48,012 nucleotides of DNA from Pseudomonadota bacterium (GTDB taxonomy: Bacteria > Pseudomonadota > Gammaproteobacteria > Eutrophobiales > Eutrophobiaceae): contig JADFPU010000002.1 in the NCBI GenBank assembly GCA_022562175.1, positions 1 to 48,012 on the forward strand. The letters are read 5' to 3'. Each line of letters begins with the position of its first letter. Position 1 is the first letter of the stretch. The notes beneath the pieces are model-generated. The model saw only the letters and a program-made list of their open reading frames with translations, did not search any database and was not told where the DNA came from. This document shows, one piece after another, positions 12,062-23,402 of the stretch. The position numbers and the translations under genes are program-made.

Positions 12062-13408
12062 ATGGCGGCATCAAGCTCTGCAATCCCGGGTGGTCTGGCA
12101 GGACTGGTTCAATTAAAGGAACTCAGGCAGCGGCTGTTGTTTGTATTGTTTGCGTTGTTCGTTTATCGGGTATGCACGCATATCCCTGTGCCTGGCATCA
12201 ATCCTGTTGCGCTCGCTGAGTTATTTGACCAGCAGCGCGGCACCATTTTGGAAATGTTTAATATGTTTTCCGGAGGCGCATTAGAGCGCTTATCGGTTTG
12301 TGCTCTGGGTATTATGCCTTATATATCCGCCTCAATTATTATGCAGTTATTGAGCTTTGTTGACCCGAAACTCAAGCAGTTGCGTAAGGAAGGTGAAACA
12401 GGACGCCGCAAGATCACACAATATACGCGTTACGGAACGGTACTGCTGGCAACATTCCAGGCCTTTGGGGGGTAAATAGCGCTGGAAGGGCAGCAAGCTG
12501 GAGGTTTGCCGGTAGTGATGGATCCTGGTTTTGCGTTCAGACTGACTGCAGTAACAACACTGGTTACTGGAACATTGTTTTTAATGTGGTTGGGCGAGCA
12601 GATCACGGAACGTGGTGTGGGAAATGGTATTTCGATGATCATATTTGCGGGCATTGTAGCTGGTTTACCTAGCGCAGTTGCTGGCACTATCGAATTATCA
12701 CGTACCGGAGAGATGCCATTGTTGATGGTTTTTGCGCTATTTGCGCTGGCTGTTATCATTACCGGATTTGTAGTATTCGTAGAACGGGGTCAGCGCAGGA
12801 TTACAGTAAATTATGCGAAACGACAGGTAGGTCGTAAACTTTATGCCGGACAGTCTAGCCATCTGCCACTTAAATTGAATATGGCGGGTGTGATTCCGCC
12901 AATTTTTGCTTCAAGCATCATACTTTTCCCGGCAACAATAGCTGGTTGGTTTGGGCAGAGTGAAAGTCTGCGATGGTTGCAGGACATGTCAGCAGCTATA
13001 TCACCCGGACAGCCGTTGTATGTGTTGTTGTATGCAGCGGGCATTATATTTTTCTGTTTCTTCTACACGGCTATTGTGTTTGATCCAAAGGAAACTGCAG
13101 ATAATTTGAAAAAGTCCGGTGCATTTATACCGGGTATGCGTCCAGGTGAGCAGACAGCAAAATATCTGGATAACGTATTGACCAAGCTGACACTGGCAGG
13201 CGCGATTTATATTACGTTTGTATGTTTGTTACCGGAATTTCTGATATTGAAGTTTAATGTACCGTTTTATTTTGGTGGCACATCACTGCTGATTATTGTG
13301 GTGGTGGTGATGGATTTTATGTCGCAGGTGCAGGCACATCTGATGTCTCATCAATACGAAGGACTTTTGAAGAAGGCCAATCTTAAAGGGCATGGTCGAC
13401 GAGCATAA
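12062..13408 (+). pseudogene. secY: Preprotein translocase SecY, interrupted by one in-frame TAA (12473-12475). Formally a pseudogene; alternatively a sequencing error, a read-through gene or a split gene
   Basis: Track ORFs 12062-12475 and 12506-13408 are in the same frame. Together they are collinear with SecY ([70 protein letters not shown]). The codons between the stop and the next start also read SecY-like. Confidence 0.9.
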
Positions 13409-13455
13409 TCTTAAATAAAGATGAAATGTGAAGTATTTTTTCCAGGACAAAGATG

Positions 13456-13569
13456 ATGAAAGTAAGAGCATCAGTTAAAAAAATCTGTCGAAACTGTAGA
13501 ATTATCAGGCGCAAAAGAGTGGTGCGGGTGATCTGTACCGAGCCGCGTCATAAGCAGCGTCAGGGTTAA
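13456..13569 (+). CDS. rpmJ: 50S ribosomal protein L36 (bL36), zinc-ribbon form
   Basis: Not in the ORF track because it is too short. Hand translation gives [37 protein letters not shown], 37 aa, canonical L36 after secY. An extra ATG lies at 13453. Confidence 0.93.
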   Translation: MKVRASVKKICRNCRIIRRKRVVRVICTEPRHKQRQG

Positions 13570-13604
13570 ACATACGTACTAGATATATTAGAGAGAGAGA
13601 GTAA

Positions 13605-13961
13605 ATGGCCCGAATAGCAGGTATAAACATACCCGATAATAAGCATCTGATAATTGCTTTAACACACATTTATGGCATTGGTCGAAAACGTGCGCACAGA
13701 ATTTGCCAGGCAATCGATCTGAGTCCAAATGTAAAAGTGCGGGAATTGACCGAAGGTGAATTGGATAAAATTCGTCACGAAATCGGTAATTACGAAATCG
13801 AAGGCGATCTTCGTCGTGACGTATCAATGAATATTAAGCGCCTTATGGATCTGGGTGCTTATCGAGGCATCCGACATCGCCGTGGCCTTCCGGTGAGAGG
13901 ACAACGTTCACAAACTAATGCACGTACCCGTAAAGGGCCGCGTCGCATGATAAAGAAATAA
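13605..13961 (+). CDS. rpsM: 30S ribosomal protein S13 (uS13)
   Basis: [14 protein letters not shown]...IYGIGRKRA...[26 protein letters not shown]. 118 aa. Confidence 0.98.
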   Translation: MARIAGINIPDNKHLIIALTHIYGIGRKRAHRICQAIDLSPNVKVRELTEGELDKIRHEIGNYEIEGDLRRDVSMNIKRLMDLGAYRGIRHRRGLPVRGQRSQTNARTRKGPRRMIKK

Positions 13962-13977
13962 TTCAATAGGTAGGCGT

Positions 13978-14370
13978 ATGGCAAAGGCAAGTAGTAGTCG
14001 CTCCAGAAAAAAAGTAAAAAAGACGGTCGTCGATGGTATAGCGCATGTTCATGCGTCTTTTAATAATACTATTATTACGATTACAGATCGCCAGGGCAAT
14101 GTTCTGACATGGGCGACTGCAGGAGGAAGCGGTTTTCGAGGTTCGCGAAAAAGCACCCCATTTGCTGCGCAGATCGCGGCACAGAAAGCCGGAGAGAATG
14201 CACAGGAGTTCGGCATGAAGACACTGGAAGTTTTTATCAAGGGGCCTGGGCCTGGCCGCGAATCAGCAGTCAGGGCGCTGAATGCTGTTGGCTTCAAAAT
14301 TACTAATATAACCGACGTGACGCCAATTCCGCATAACGGATGCCGGCCGCCAAAACGGCGTCGGGTATAA
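13978..14370 (+). CDS. rpsK: 30S ribosomal protein S11 (uS11)
   Basis: [22 protein letters not shown]...[14 protein letters not shown]...[16 protein letters not shown]. Confidence 0.98.
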   Translation: MAKASSSRSRKKVKKTVVDGIAHVHASFNNTIITITDRQGNVLTWATAGGSGFRGSRKSTPFAAQIAAQKAGENAQEFGMKTLEVFIKGPGPGRESAVRALNAVGFKITNITDVTPIPHNGCRPPKRRRV

Positions 14371-14386
14371 ACGGGAGGTAATTTAA

Positions 14387-15007
14387 ATGGCACGATATCT
14401 TGGTCCTAAATGTAAGCTGAGTCGCCGCGAAGGTACCGATCTGTTTCTAAAAAGCAGGGCGCGTCCGCTCGAATCCAAATGTCAGATTGATAAGATACCT
14501 GGACAACAGGGGACAAGACCAAAACGCTTATCAGATTACGCATTACAGTTACGTGAGAAGCAGAAACTACGGCGTATATATGGCGTACTGGAGAAACAGT
14601 TTCGCCTTTACTATAAAGAAGCCAATCGCCGTAAAGGCTCGACGGGTGAAAATTTACTCTCATTACTGGAATGTAGACTGGATAACGTCGTATATCGTAT
14701 GGGGTTTGGTGTCACCCGTAATGAGGCAAGGCAGCTTGTCAGTCATAAGGCAATCCAGGTAAACGGCAAGTCTGTCAATATTGCATCTTATCAGGTCAAG
14801 CCAGCAGACAAGATCGCTGTCCGTGAAAAGTGCAAAAAACAGTTACGAATCAAGGATGCGCTCAATATTGCTGAACAGTATGGCATACCGGACTGGCTGC
14901 AAGTGGATATCAAACAAATGCAAGGTATATTCAGTTCGGTGCCTGAACGCAGTGATTTACCGCAGGAAATCAATGAACAACTAGTTGTTGAACTCTACTC
15001 CAAATAA
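14387..15007 (+). CDS. rpsD: 30S ribosomal protein S4 (uS4)
   Basis: [23 protein letters not shown]...[13 protein letters not shown]...[11 protein letters not shown]. 206 aa. Confidence 0.98.
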   Translation: MARYLGPKCKLSRREGTDLFLKSRARPLESKCQIDKIPGQQGTRPKRLSDYALQLREKQKLRRIYGVLEKQFRLYYKEANRRKGSTGENLLSLLECRLDNVVYRMGFGVTRNEARQLVSHKAIQVNGKSVNIASYQVKPADKIAVREKCKKQLRIKDALNIAEQYGIPDWLQVDIKQMQGIFSSVPERSDLPQEINEQLVVELYSK

Positions 15008-15026
15008 GTAGCAATAGGACTAAACC

Positions 15027-16058
15027 ATGCCGTCAACATTCAGTGAATTATTAAAACCACGCCGGGTCGATGTTAAAATAATCAGTAACACCTGTGCGAA
15101 GATTACCATCGAACCCTTGAACAGGGGTTTTGCCCACACGCTTGGCAATGCTCTACGCCGGGTTCTGCTATCCTCCATGTCAGGATGCGCAGTGACTGAA
15201 GTGGAGATCGAGGGTGTATTACACGAATATACTACTGTGGAGGGTGTGCAAGAAGACGTTACCGATATTCTTCTTAACTTGAAGGGGTTGGCAATAAATC
15301 TGCATGCCAAGGATGAAACAATTCTGACGTTAAAAAAAGTTGGTCCTGGTGAAGTACGGGCCAGTGATATAACACTGGATCATGATGTTGAAATCGCGAA
15401 TCCGCAACATCTCATCGCTAATCTGACAAAGGCAGGCGAGCTTAATTTGACCATGAAGGTTGAACGGGGCCGTGGCTACAGGCCGGTTGTTATTGGTGCT
15501 AATGAAGAGGAAGAAAGGGCTATAGGCTGGGTGCAGCTGGATGCATCATTTAGCCCTGTCCGGCGCGTGTCATATGATGTGCAAAGTGCACGTGTTGAGC
15601 AACAGACAGACCTGGACAAGCTGATTATTGAGATCGAAACAAACGGTACTATCGATCCTCAAGATGCTATACGCGAGGCAGCCAGGATATTACGTAATCA
15701 ACTATCTATTTTTGTTGATCTGGAAGCTGAGGAAGCGGTTGAGGCTGCAGCCAGTAATGAGCCGGAAATAGACCCCATTCTGCTTCGGCCGGTAGATGAT
15801 CTGGAGCTTACTGTTCGCTCAGCCAATTGTCTCAAGGCAGAAAGTATTAACTTCATTGGCGATTTGATTCAGCGCACTGAGGTCGAATTGCTGAAGACAC
15901 CAAACCTTGGCAAGAAGTCCTTGACAGAAATCAAGGATGTATTGGCATCTCGAGGTTTGTCACTAGGTATGCGTTTGGAAAATTGGCCACCCGCAGGCCT
16001 GTATGAGGACAAAGAGAAGATCTCAATGGATAGTCTGTCCATAAGCGGACTATCTTGA
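15027..16058 (+). CDS. rpoA: DNA-directed RNA polymerase subunit alpha
   Basis: 343 aa with [12 protein letters not shown], and the alpha-[19 protein letters not shown]...[35 protein letters not shown]. The acidic/Ser tail is slightly longer than in E. coli. Confidence 0.98.
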   Translation: MPSTFSELLKPRRVDVKIISNTCAKITIEPLNRGFAHTLGNALRRVLLSSMSGCAVTEVEIEGVLHEYTTVEGVQEDVTDILLNLKGLAINLHAKDETILTLKKVGPGEVRASDITLDHDVEIANPQHLIANLTKAGELNLTMKVERGRGYRPVVIGANEEEERAIGWVQLDASFSPVRRVSYDVQSARVEQQTDLDKLIIEIETNGTIDPQDAIREAARILRNQLSIFVDLEAEEAVEAAASNEPEIDPILLRPVDDLELTVRSANCLKAESINFIGDLIQRTEVELLKTPNLGKKSLTEIKDVLASRGLSLGMRLENWPPAGLYEDKEKISMDSLSISGLS

Positions 16059-16095
16059 ATTGAATAACATTATTCCAATTAAAGAGAATTGAACA

Positions 16096-16479
16096 ATGCG
16101 TCACAGAGAAAGTGGTAGAAAACTAAATCGTAACAGTTCACACCGTAAGGCGATGTTTCGCAATATGGCAGTGTCGTTGATGCATCATGAACTGATCAAG
16201 ACAACAGTTCCGAAAGCAAAGGAACTGCGTCGTGTGGCGGAGCCTCTGATTACCCTGGCAAAGACTGATTCGGTTGCCAGGCGCCGACTTGCTTTCTCAA
16301 GGTTGCGGGATCGTAAGGCTGTGACAAAATTATTTAATGATCTTGGTCCACGTTACAAAGAACGTCCCGGTGGTTACCTGCGTATTTTAAAATGTGGCTT
16401 TCGTACTGGCGATAAAGCGCCAATGGCAATAGTCGAGTTGGTAGACCGGCCGGTAGAGGCTACAGAAGAAGAAAACTAA
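16096..16479 (+). CDS. rplQ: 50S ribosomal protein L17 (bL17)
   Basis: [25 protein letters not shown]...[15 protein letters not shown]. Last gene of the alpha operon. Confidence 0.97.
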   Translation: MRHRESGRKLNRNSSHRKAMFRNMAVSLMHHELIKTTVPKAKELRRVAEPLITLAKTDSVARRRLAFSRLRDRKAVTKLFNDLGPRYKERPGGYLRILKCGFRTGDKAPMAIVELVDRPVEATEEEN

Positions 16480-16515
16480 ATCGCGACAACAGCGATCTTT
16501 ATCTGTAATTCAAAG

Positions 16516-16540
16516 CCGGGCTATATGCCCGGTTTTTTTA
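16516..16540 (+). terminator. Rho-independent terminator of the alpha operon
   Basis: CCGGGC (16516-16521), loop tatat, GCCCGG (16527-16532), followed by T7 (16533-16539). It lies 37 nt after the rplQ stop. Confidence 0.8.
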
Positions 16541-16608
16541 TGCCTGAAGTGCATCTCGACAAAGAAATAGTGCAAGACACTGTTCACTGTTCACTTTAAA
16601 CTTCGTTT

Positions 16609-17331
16609 ATGATCGTACTATTTTCAGATTATGGATTGGCTGGGCCCTATATTGGGCAGGTGGAGGCAGTCCTGTTTCGTTATGCTCCTAATGAAAGGGT
16701 GATAAATCTATTTGCCGATGTGCCACGGCAAAACCCGAAAGCAGGCGCCTACTTGCTTGCTTCATACCGTCAGGAATTTCCAATAGGAACAATCTTTTTT
16801 TGTGTAGTCGATCCGGGTGTTGGCGGTGGGAAGGATAAGCCAGTGGTTGTGAAACTGGATAGCCATTGGTTTGTTGGCATACATAATGGACTCTTTGACC
16901 TCATTACCAGAGGCGATGAAGTAGTGGAATGTTGGGAGATAACCTATCAGCCGAAAAATTTATCAAACAGCTTTCATGGACGGGATTTATATGCACCTGT
17001 ATGTGCCATGATAGCGAACCAGCAGCCAATTCCCGGTAAAAAAATAGACTGGCAACCTCGTAATGCCTGGCCAGATGACTTGTATGAAATCATTTATATC
17101 GATCACTTTGGTAATGCCATGACCGGGATCCGTGCCAGTGAAATGAAAGGGGACGCGATCATTAATATTAATAATGAGGAAATCAGGCATGCCGTTACCT
17201 TTTCGTCCGTAAAAAAAGGAGCAGCCTTTTGGTATGGGAATGCAAATGGATTAGTTGAGATTGCAGTCAATCAGGCCAGCGCAGAAAGATTACTACAGTT
17301 GCAGATTGGCCAACAGATAACGATTGGCTAG
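16609..17331 (+). CDS. DUF62 / SAM hydroxide adenosyltransferase (chlorinase-fluorinase superfamily) protein
   Basis: 240 aa with the family motifs recalled for PF01887: N-terminal LFSDYG, VVDPGVGG, FHGRDLYAPV, IDHFGNAMT. Confidence 0.8.
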   Translation: MIVLFSDYGLAGPYIGQVEAVLFRYAPNERVINLFADVPRQNPKAGAYLLASYRQEFPIGTIFFCVVDPGVGGGKDKPVVVKLDSHWFVGIHNGLFDLITRGDEVVECWEITYQPKNLSNSFHGRDLYAPVCAMIANQQPIPGKKIDWQPRNAWPDDLYEIIYIDHFGNAMTGIRASEMKGDAIININNEEIRHAVTFSSVKKGAAFWYGNANGLVEIAVNQASAERLLQLQIGQQITIG

Positions 17332-17409
17332 GACAGACTCCTGTGTTCGGGATATCGAAAACTGTGTTATACCGGAAGTGAGACTACATGATTGGATCTG
17401 TGACAGGCG

Positions 17410-18861
17410 CTAACCTGCTGTGAGTTTTTTGTTAAGTAGTGCATTTACCTGCTGTGGGTTGGCCTTTCCCTGGGTCTTTTTCATGATCTGTCCGACGAAG
17501 AAGCCAATAAGTTTGCCTTGTTTTTCACCGGGACTACTGCGGAATTGTTCGACTTGATCCGGGTTGGCTGCGATAACTTCATCGACCAGTTTTTCGATGA
17601 GGCCACTGTCGCTGACTTGTTTCAGGCCCCTGACTTCAATGATGGTGTCGGCGTCCCCTTCACCATTCCACATGTCCTCGAATATTTGTTTGGCGATTTT
17701 GCCGGAGATAGTGTTGTCTTTAATGCGTTTTATCATGCCACCGAGTGCGTTGGCTGTGACGGGACTTTTTGTAATATCTTTATTTTCCTTGTTTAAGGCA
17801 GCCGATAGATCTCCCATGATCCAGTTGGCGCTGAGTTTTGCTTCGCCACCTGAGGCTTGAACGGTAGCCTCAAAATAATCAGCTAGTTCGCGGCTGATAG
17901 TGAGATTACTACTGTCATATTCAGACAGGTTGAATGCTTTTATGAAGCGTTGTCGTTTCGCATCAGGCAGTTCCGGCAGTTCTGTACGGATGGACTCAAT
18001 ATCGTCTCTGCTCAGTTCAACCGGTAGCAGATCGGGATCCGGGAAGTAACGGTAGTCATTAGCTTCTTCCTTGCTGCGCATGGCACGGGTTTCGTTTTTG
18101 TCGGGGTCGTAAAGCCGTGTTTCCTGCACGACTTTATTACCTGATTCCAGTATATCTATCTGTCGATCAATCTCATGCAGGATGGCCTGTTCCACAAAAC
18201 GGAATGAGTTAAGGTTCTTAATCTCGGCACGAGTACCCAGTTTTGTGTCACCTTTTGCCCGTATAGATATATTGGCGTCACAACGGAAAGATCCTTCCTG
18301 CATATTGCCATCTGATATGCCCAGGTATCGCACCAGTGTGTGTATCTTCTTCATATAGGCGACTGCTTCCTGTGCGTTACGCAAATCAGGCTCCGAAACG
18401 ATCTCCAAGAGTGGTGTCCCGGCGCGGTTTAAATCAATGCCGGTCATATTATGGAAATCTTCATGTAAGGATTTGCCAGCATCCTCTTCCAGGTGTGCAC
18501 GCGTAATACCAATGATCCTGTTTGAGCCATCATCAAGCCGGATCGCTATTTGACCGTACCCGACGATGGGCAATTCAAGCTGGCTGATTTGATAGCCTTT
18601 GGGCAAGTCCGGATAAAAATAATTCTTGCGGGCAAAAACGAAGTGTTCTGCAATCTCAGCGTTTACTGCCAGCCCAAACTTGACTGCCTTTTTGATTACA
18701 CCGGCGTTGATAACCGGCAAGACTCCAGGTAGTCCGAGGTCGACTGCGCAGGCCTGTCTGTTGGCTTCGGCACCGTATGCTGTAGCTGCGGCAGAAAAGA
18801 TCTTGCTCCTGGTTGAGAGTTGTACGTGAATTTCCAGTCCTATGACTGTTTCCCATTGCAT
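17410..18861 (-). CDS. gatB: Asp/Glu-tRNA(Asn/Gln) amidotransferase subunit B
   Basis: 483 aa. [30 protein letters not shown], and a C-terminal YqeY-like tail. Downstream of gatA. Confidence 0.97.
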   Translation of the reverse strand: MQWETVIGLEIHVQLSTRSKIFSAAATAYGAEANRQACAVDLGLPGVLPVINAGVIKKAVKFGLAVNAEIAEHFVFARKNYFYPDLPKGYQISQLELPIVGYGQIAIRLDDGSNRIIGITRAHLEEDAGKSLHEDFHNMTGIDLNRAGTPLLEIVSEPDLRNAQEAVAYMKKIHTLVRYLGISDGNMQEGSFRCDANISIRAKGDTKLGTRAEIKNLNSFRFVEQAILHEIDRQIDILESGNKVVQETRLYDPDKNETRAMRSKEEANDYRYFPDPDLLPVELSRDDIESIRTELPELPDAKRQRFIKAFNLSEYDSSNLTISRELADYFEATVQASGGEAKLSANWIMGDLSAALNKENKDITKSPVTANALGGMIKRIKDNTISGKIAKQIFEDMWNGEGDADTIIEVRGLKQVSDSGLIEKLVDEVIAANPDQVEQFRSSPGEKQGKLIGFFVGQIMKKTQGKANPQQVNALLNKKLTAG

Positions 18862-18863
18862 CT

Positions 18864-20318
18864 CTAGTTGTACCCTTCAGGTAATGTCCTGTGCCAATCT
18901 GTTTTTTGTTGAAACTGATATGCAGTGTTCAATAATCTCGATTCGGAAAAATAGTTACCGATGATCTGCATGCCAACCGGCAGTCCAGCCACGAAACCTG
19001 CCGGCACGGAGATCGCAGGCAAGCCGGCGAGGTTGACAGAGACTGTGTAGATGTCTGATAGATACATACTGACGGGGTCGTCTGTGCGCTCACCGAGTTT
19101 AAAGGCAGTTGTCGGTGAAGTCGGCCCAATAATGACTTCAACTTCCTTAAATGCCTGTTGAAAATCATCACGTATCAGTCGTCGAATCTTCTGTGCCTTT
19201 AGATAATATGCATCGTAATAACCGGCGGACAGAACATAGGTGCCGATCATGATCCGGTTTTTTAACTCCTTGCCGAAACCCTCGCCACGAGAGCGACAAT
19301 AAAGATCGGACAGGTCTTTCGGATCTTCGCATCGGTAACCAAATCGAACACCGTCAAAACGTGACAGATTGGAAGAACATTCAGCTGGTGCGACAACATA
19401 ATAAGCGGGTATGGATAAATGTGTGTTGGGCAATTCAATTTCGTGAATAATTGCTCCGGATTGTTGCAATTGTTTAATCGCGGTATGGATCAGATCACCA
19501 ATATTACTATCCAGGGCATCACCAAAGTATTGCTTCGGCAGACCAATCTTAAGTCCCTGGATACTGTTATTTAATGAAGCAGTGTAATCGTCAACAGGCA
19601 GTTCTACGCAAGTGGAGTCGCGTTTATCAAATCCGGCCATGGCATTTAGCAACAAGGCTGCGTCTTCTGCAGTTTGCGCCATCGGGCCACCTTGATCGAG
19701 ACTGGAAGCATAGGCAATCATGCCGTAGCGCGATACCCGGCCATAGGTCGGCTTTAAGCCGGTGATGCCACATAGAGCAGCAGGCTGGCGGATAGAACCG
19801 CCCGTGTCAGTACCGGTAGCAACCGGCGTTAGCCGGGCTGCAATAGCGCAGGCTGATCCGCCTGACGAGCCACCGGGTACGCGTGCCGTGTCCCAGGGGT
19901 TTAGTACGGCGCCGTAGTAACTGTTTTCATTGGAAGAACCCATGGCAAATTCATCCATATTGGATTTGCCCAGCGTCACCATGCCGGCATCATTCAGTTT
20001 TTCCACCACTGTCGCATTGTAGGGAGCGATAAAATTATCCAGCATCTTTGAGGCACATGAGGTCTTTAACCCATCGGTGCAGTAGATGTCCTTATGCGTA
20101 ACGGGAATGCCTGTGAGTGGTCCGGCGTTACCTTGATGTATGCGCTTATCCGCGGCGCGCGCCTGCTGCAAAGCCCGTTCAGGGCTAAGCGAGATATAAC
20201 AATTTAGCAACGGGTTGAATTTTTCTGCGCGGGCCAGATAGGTTTTTGTCATCTCTTCACTGCTAAGCTGTTTGCTTTGCAGTAATTGTGACAGTTCTGT
20301 CAGAGTATGTTGATGCAT
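18864..20318 (-). CDS. gatA: Glu-tRNA(Gln) amidotransferase subunit A
   Basis: 484 aa with the amidase signature [13 protein letters not shown]...[13 protein letters not shown]. Confidence 0.97.
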   Translation of the reverse strand: MHQHTLTELSQLLQSKQLSSEEMTKTYLARAEKFNPLLNCYISLSPERALQQARAADKRIHQGNAGPLTGIPVTHKDIYCTDGLKTSCASKMLDNFIAPYNATVVEKLNDAGMVTLGKSNMDEFAMGSSNENSYYGAVLNPWDTARVPGGSSGGSACAIAARLTPVATGTDTGGSIRQPAALCGITGLKPTYGRVSRYGMIAYASSLDQGGPMAQTAEDAALLLNAMAGFDKRDSTCVELPVDDYTASLNNSIQGLKIGLPKQYFGDALDSNIGDLIHTAIKQLQQSGAIIHEIELPNTHLSIPAYYVVAPAECSSNLSRFDGVRFGYRCEDPKDLSDLYCRSRGEGFGKELKNRIMIGTYVLSAGYYDAYYLKAQKIRRLIRDDFQQAFKEVEVIIGPTSPTTAFKLGERTDDPVSMYLSDIYTVSVNLAGLPAISVPAGFVAGLPVGMQIIGNYFSESRLLNTAYQFQQKTDWHRTLPEGYN

Positions 20319-20369
20319 GGATTGTGTGCAGTGTGCGTTGAGGATTATTATTTAGCCGGTGTAAGGAGT

Positions 20370-20657
20370 TTATTCGATTACCCTTGGAACAAGATAATGT
20401 CCGTTATCCACATGCGGAGCGATATTTTGAAATTTTTCCCGTTGATCCGTTTCTGTGACTTCATCTGGCCGTAAGCGGGCCTTGATTTCCATAGGATGTG
20501 CCAACGGTTCTATATCATTGGTTTTGATAGTATTCATCTGCTCAACCAGGCCCAGAATATTGGACAAGTCACGGGCATAGCCCGGAATGTCATCCTCATC
20601 AAGGGCAAGTCGGGCCAACCAGGCTATTTTTTCGATTTCTGTTTTTTCAAGTGACAT
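20370..20657 (-). CDS. gatC: Asp/Glu-tRNA amidotransferase subunit C
   Basis: 95 aa. IAWLARLALDEDD...LRPDEV is the pattern. First gene of gatCAB. Confidence 0.93.
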   Translation of the reverse strand: MSLEKTEIEKIAWLARLALDEDDIPGYARDLSNILGLVEQMNTIKTNDIEPLAHPMEIKARLRPDEVTETDQREKFQNIAPHVDNGHYLVPRVIE

Positions 20658-20941
20658 TAAATGAGTCCTGCTTATTGTTGAAAAATGAGTAATTTATCAT
20701 AATACTCAGCTTGCTCAAAACCTTCTCCATTGCTAAAATTAGGCTTTTGAATCAGCCATTTACTAGGTGAACTTATAGGAGTTTAAAATCGTCCGTGAAA
20801 ATTAACATGCGGGCTACAGGCTGAACGGTTGAGTGTCCAGACTGTCATCGCCTGAGAGCATCCTGTTACCGGCCATTGACGAGGCCTCTTTCCTTTTTAA
20901 GGTTTAAGTTAAAAAATGCTAGTTGGAAACTATTATAATAG

Positions 20942-21991
<1,050 letters not shown>

Positions 21992-22023
21992 ACCATTTAT
22001 GAGTTAGAAGTGAGGAGCGAGTT

Positions 22024-22890
22024 ATCAAACCACTGTTCCTGAAAAATCCTTCGGCCAACGTGAGGCTGATTTTTTTTGTACTGGTATCGATAGTCCTGAT
22101 GGTTGTTGATCACAGGCAAGGGCATCTGGACGTTGTGCGTGCTGCCTTATCGACACTGGTCTATCCACTGCAATTTGCAGTCAACCTGCCTGTTGAGGTG
22201 GGTCGCCGGCTGTCCGAAACACTTGTCACGCAGAAATTCTTAATCGAAGAAAATAATCGTTTTCGCGAAGAGCATCAATTAATGAATTCGAAACTGCAAC
22301 GTTTCGTGATACTGGAAGAGGAAAATAAACGCCTGCGTCAACTTTTGGGTTCTTCAATCAGGTTCAAGGAACGAATTTTAATAGCGGAACTGTTGTCAGT
22401 TGAACTGGAACCTCACCGGCAGTTGGTTGAGATCAATAAAGGTTTTCGAGAAGGTGCTTATGACGGACAACCGGTGGTGGATGCCAGTGGTGTTATTGGC
22501 CAGATTATTCATGTCGGACCATTTTCCAGTAAGGTATTGTTGATCACTGATCCCAGTCATGCCTTACCTGTACAGGTGAATCGCAATGGCTTGCGGGCTA
22601 TCGCCGTTGGTACCGGTCAGGCAAATAATTTATTATTGCAACATCTACCGACCAATGCGGATATACACGAGGGAGATCTGATTATTTCTTCCGGCCTCGG
22701 CCATCGCTTTCCAAGAGGTTATCCGGTTGGAACTATCTCCAGTATAACGCTGGAACCGGGGGCTCACTTTGCAAAGGTGGCAGTTACGCCAAGTGCCAAG
22801 CTGACACAAAATCGGGAGGTGTTGTTAGTGTGGCCATACGAGATCGATGACGAGACAACGATGGGTGCAGAAGTGGCGATGAACCGATGA
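22024..22890 (+). CDS. mreC: Rod-shape determining protein MreC; start uncertain (ATC 22024 after GAGGAG, or GTG 22060 as in the track)
   Basis: Single N-terminal TM helix, coiled-coil (ENNRFREEHQL...EENKRLRQLL), and beta domains (GVIGQIIHV..., LIISSGLGHRFPRGYPVG). Conserved N-terminal residues lie upstream of the first canonical start. Confidence 0.9.
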   Translation: MKPLFLKNPSANVRLIFFVLVSIVLMVVDHRQGHLDVVRAALSTLVYPLQFAVNLPVEVGRRLSETLVTQKFLIEENNRFREEHQLMNSKLQRFVILEEENKRLRQLLGSSIRFKERILIAELLSVELEPHRQLVEINKGFREGAYDGQPVVDASGVIGQIIHVGPFSSKVLLITDPSHALPVQVNRNGLRAIAVGTGQANNLLLQHLPTNADIHEGDLIISSGLGHRFPRGYPVGTISSITLEPGAHFAKVAVTPSAKLTQNREVLLVWPYEIDDETTMGAEVAMNR

Positions 22891-23384
22891 ATCCGGACAG
22901 ATATATGGCGCATAATGGGGGCTGGGTAATTATTTTGAGTCTGATCCTGGCTTTCATGTTTACAGCAATACCATTACCGGATTGGGCCATAAATTTGCAA
23001 CCGGCCTGGGTAGCAATGGTTATGATCTATTGGTGTATGGCTTTACCGGACAGGGTCGGTATTGGAGCCGCCTGGGCAATTGGATTATTGCTGGATGTTC
23101 AACAGGGAAGTGTGTTGGGACAACATGCCATCGGACTTGCTATGGTAGCATATATTACGCTTAAATCCTATCAGCGCATTCGTGTGTTCCCTCTGCCACA
23201 ACAGGCAATGATGATCTGTCTTTATGTGTTATTACTGCAATTTCTTATGCTTTGGATAAAGGGGATGATGGGTGTGGCGCCCCCAAACTGGTTTTTCTGG
23301 ATGCCTGCCTTAACGAGTATGCTACTGTGGCCCTGGCTTTTTATCATCCTTCGGGATATACGGCGTAAGTTTCGCGTGTATTAA
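22887..23384 (+). CDS. mreD: Rod-shape determining protein MreD
   Basis: 165 aa polytopic membrane protein. ATGA overlap with mreC. Conserved mreBCD order. Confidence 0.9.
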   Translation: MNPDRYMAHNGGWVIILSLILAFMFTAIPLPDWAINLQPAWVAMVMIYWCMALPDRVGIGAAWAIGLLLDVQQGSVLGQHAIGLAMVAYITLKSYQRIRVFPLPQQAMMICLYVLLLQFLMLWIKGMMGVAPPNWFFWMPALTSMLLWPWLFIILRDIRRKFRVY

Positions 23385-23402
23385 TGCAGATACAATCATT
23401 GC

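Noticed and set aside
13591-13601. (GA)5G microsatellite immediately upstream of the rpsM start.
   Set aside because: It is a purine tract in the position of the Shine-Dalgarno sequence. Its short length makes phase variation of an essential gene implausible.
16005-16058. C-terminal extension of about 14-16 aa on RpoA (…[21 protein letters not shown]) relative to E. coli.
   Set aside because: The extreme C-terminal tail of the alpha subunit is variable between lineages. There is no motif or frame anomaly.
16578-16594. Tandem CACTGTT CACTGTT CAC upstream of the DUF62 gene.
   Set aside because: There are only about 2.4 copies of a 7-mer. It could be an operator but is indistinguishable from chance low complexity. 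It is mentioned under the DUF62 finding only.
20658-20941. The 284-nt gatC-mreB divergent intergenic region was screened for an sRNA, riboswitch or terminator.
   Set aside because: Only weak features turned up: GGCC…GGCC, the GAGGCCTC palindrome, and a T-rich run. It is most simply two divergent promoters with the mreB leader.
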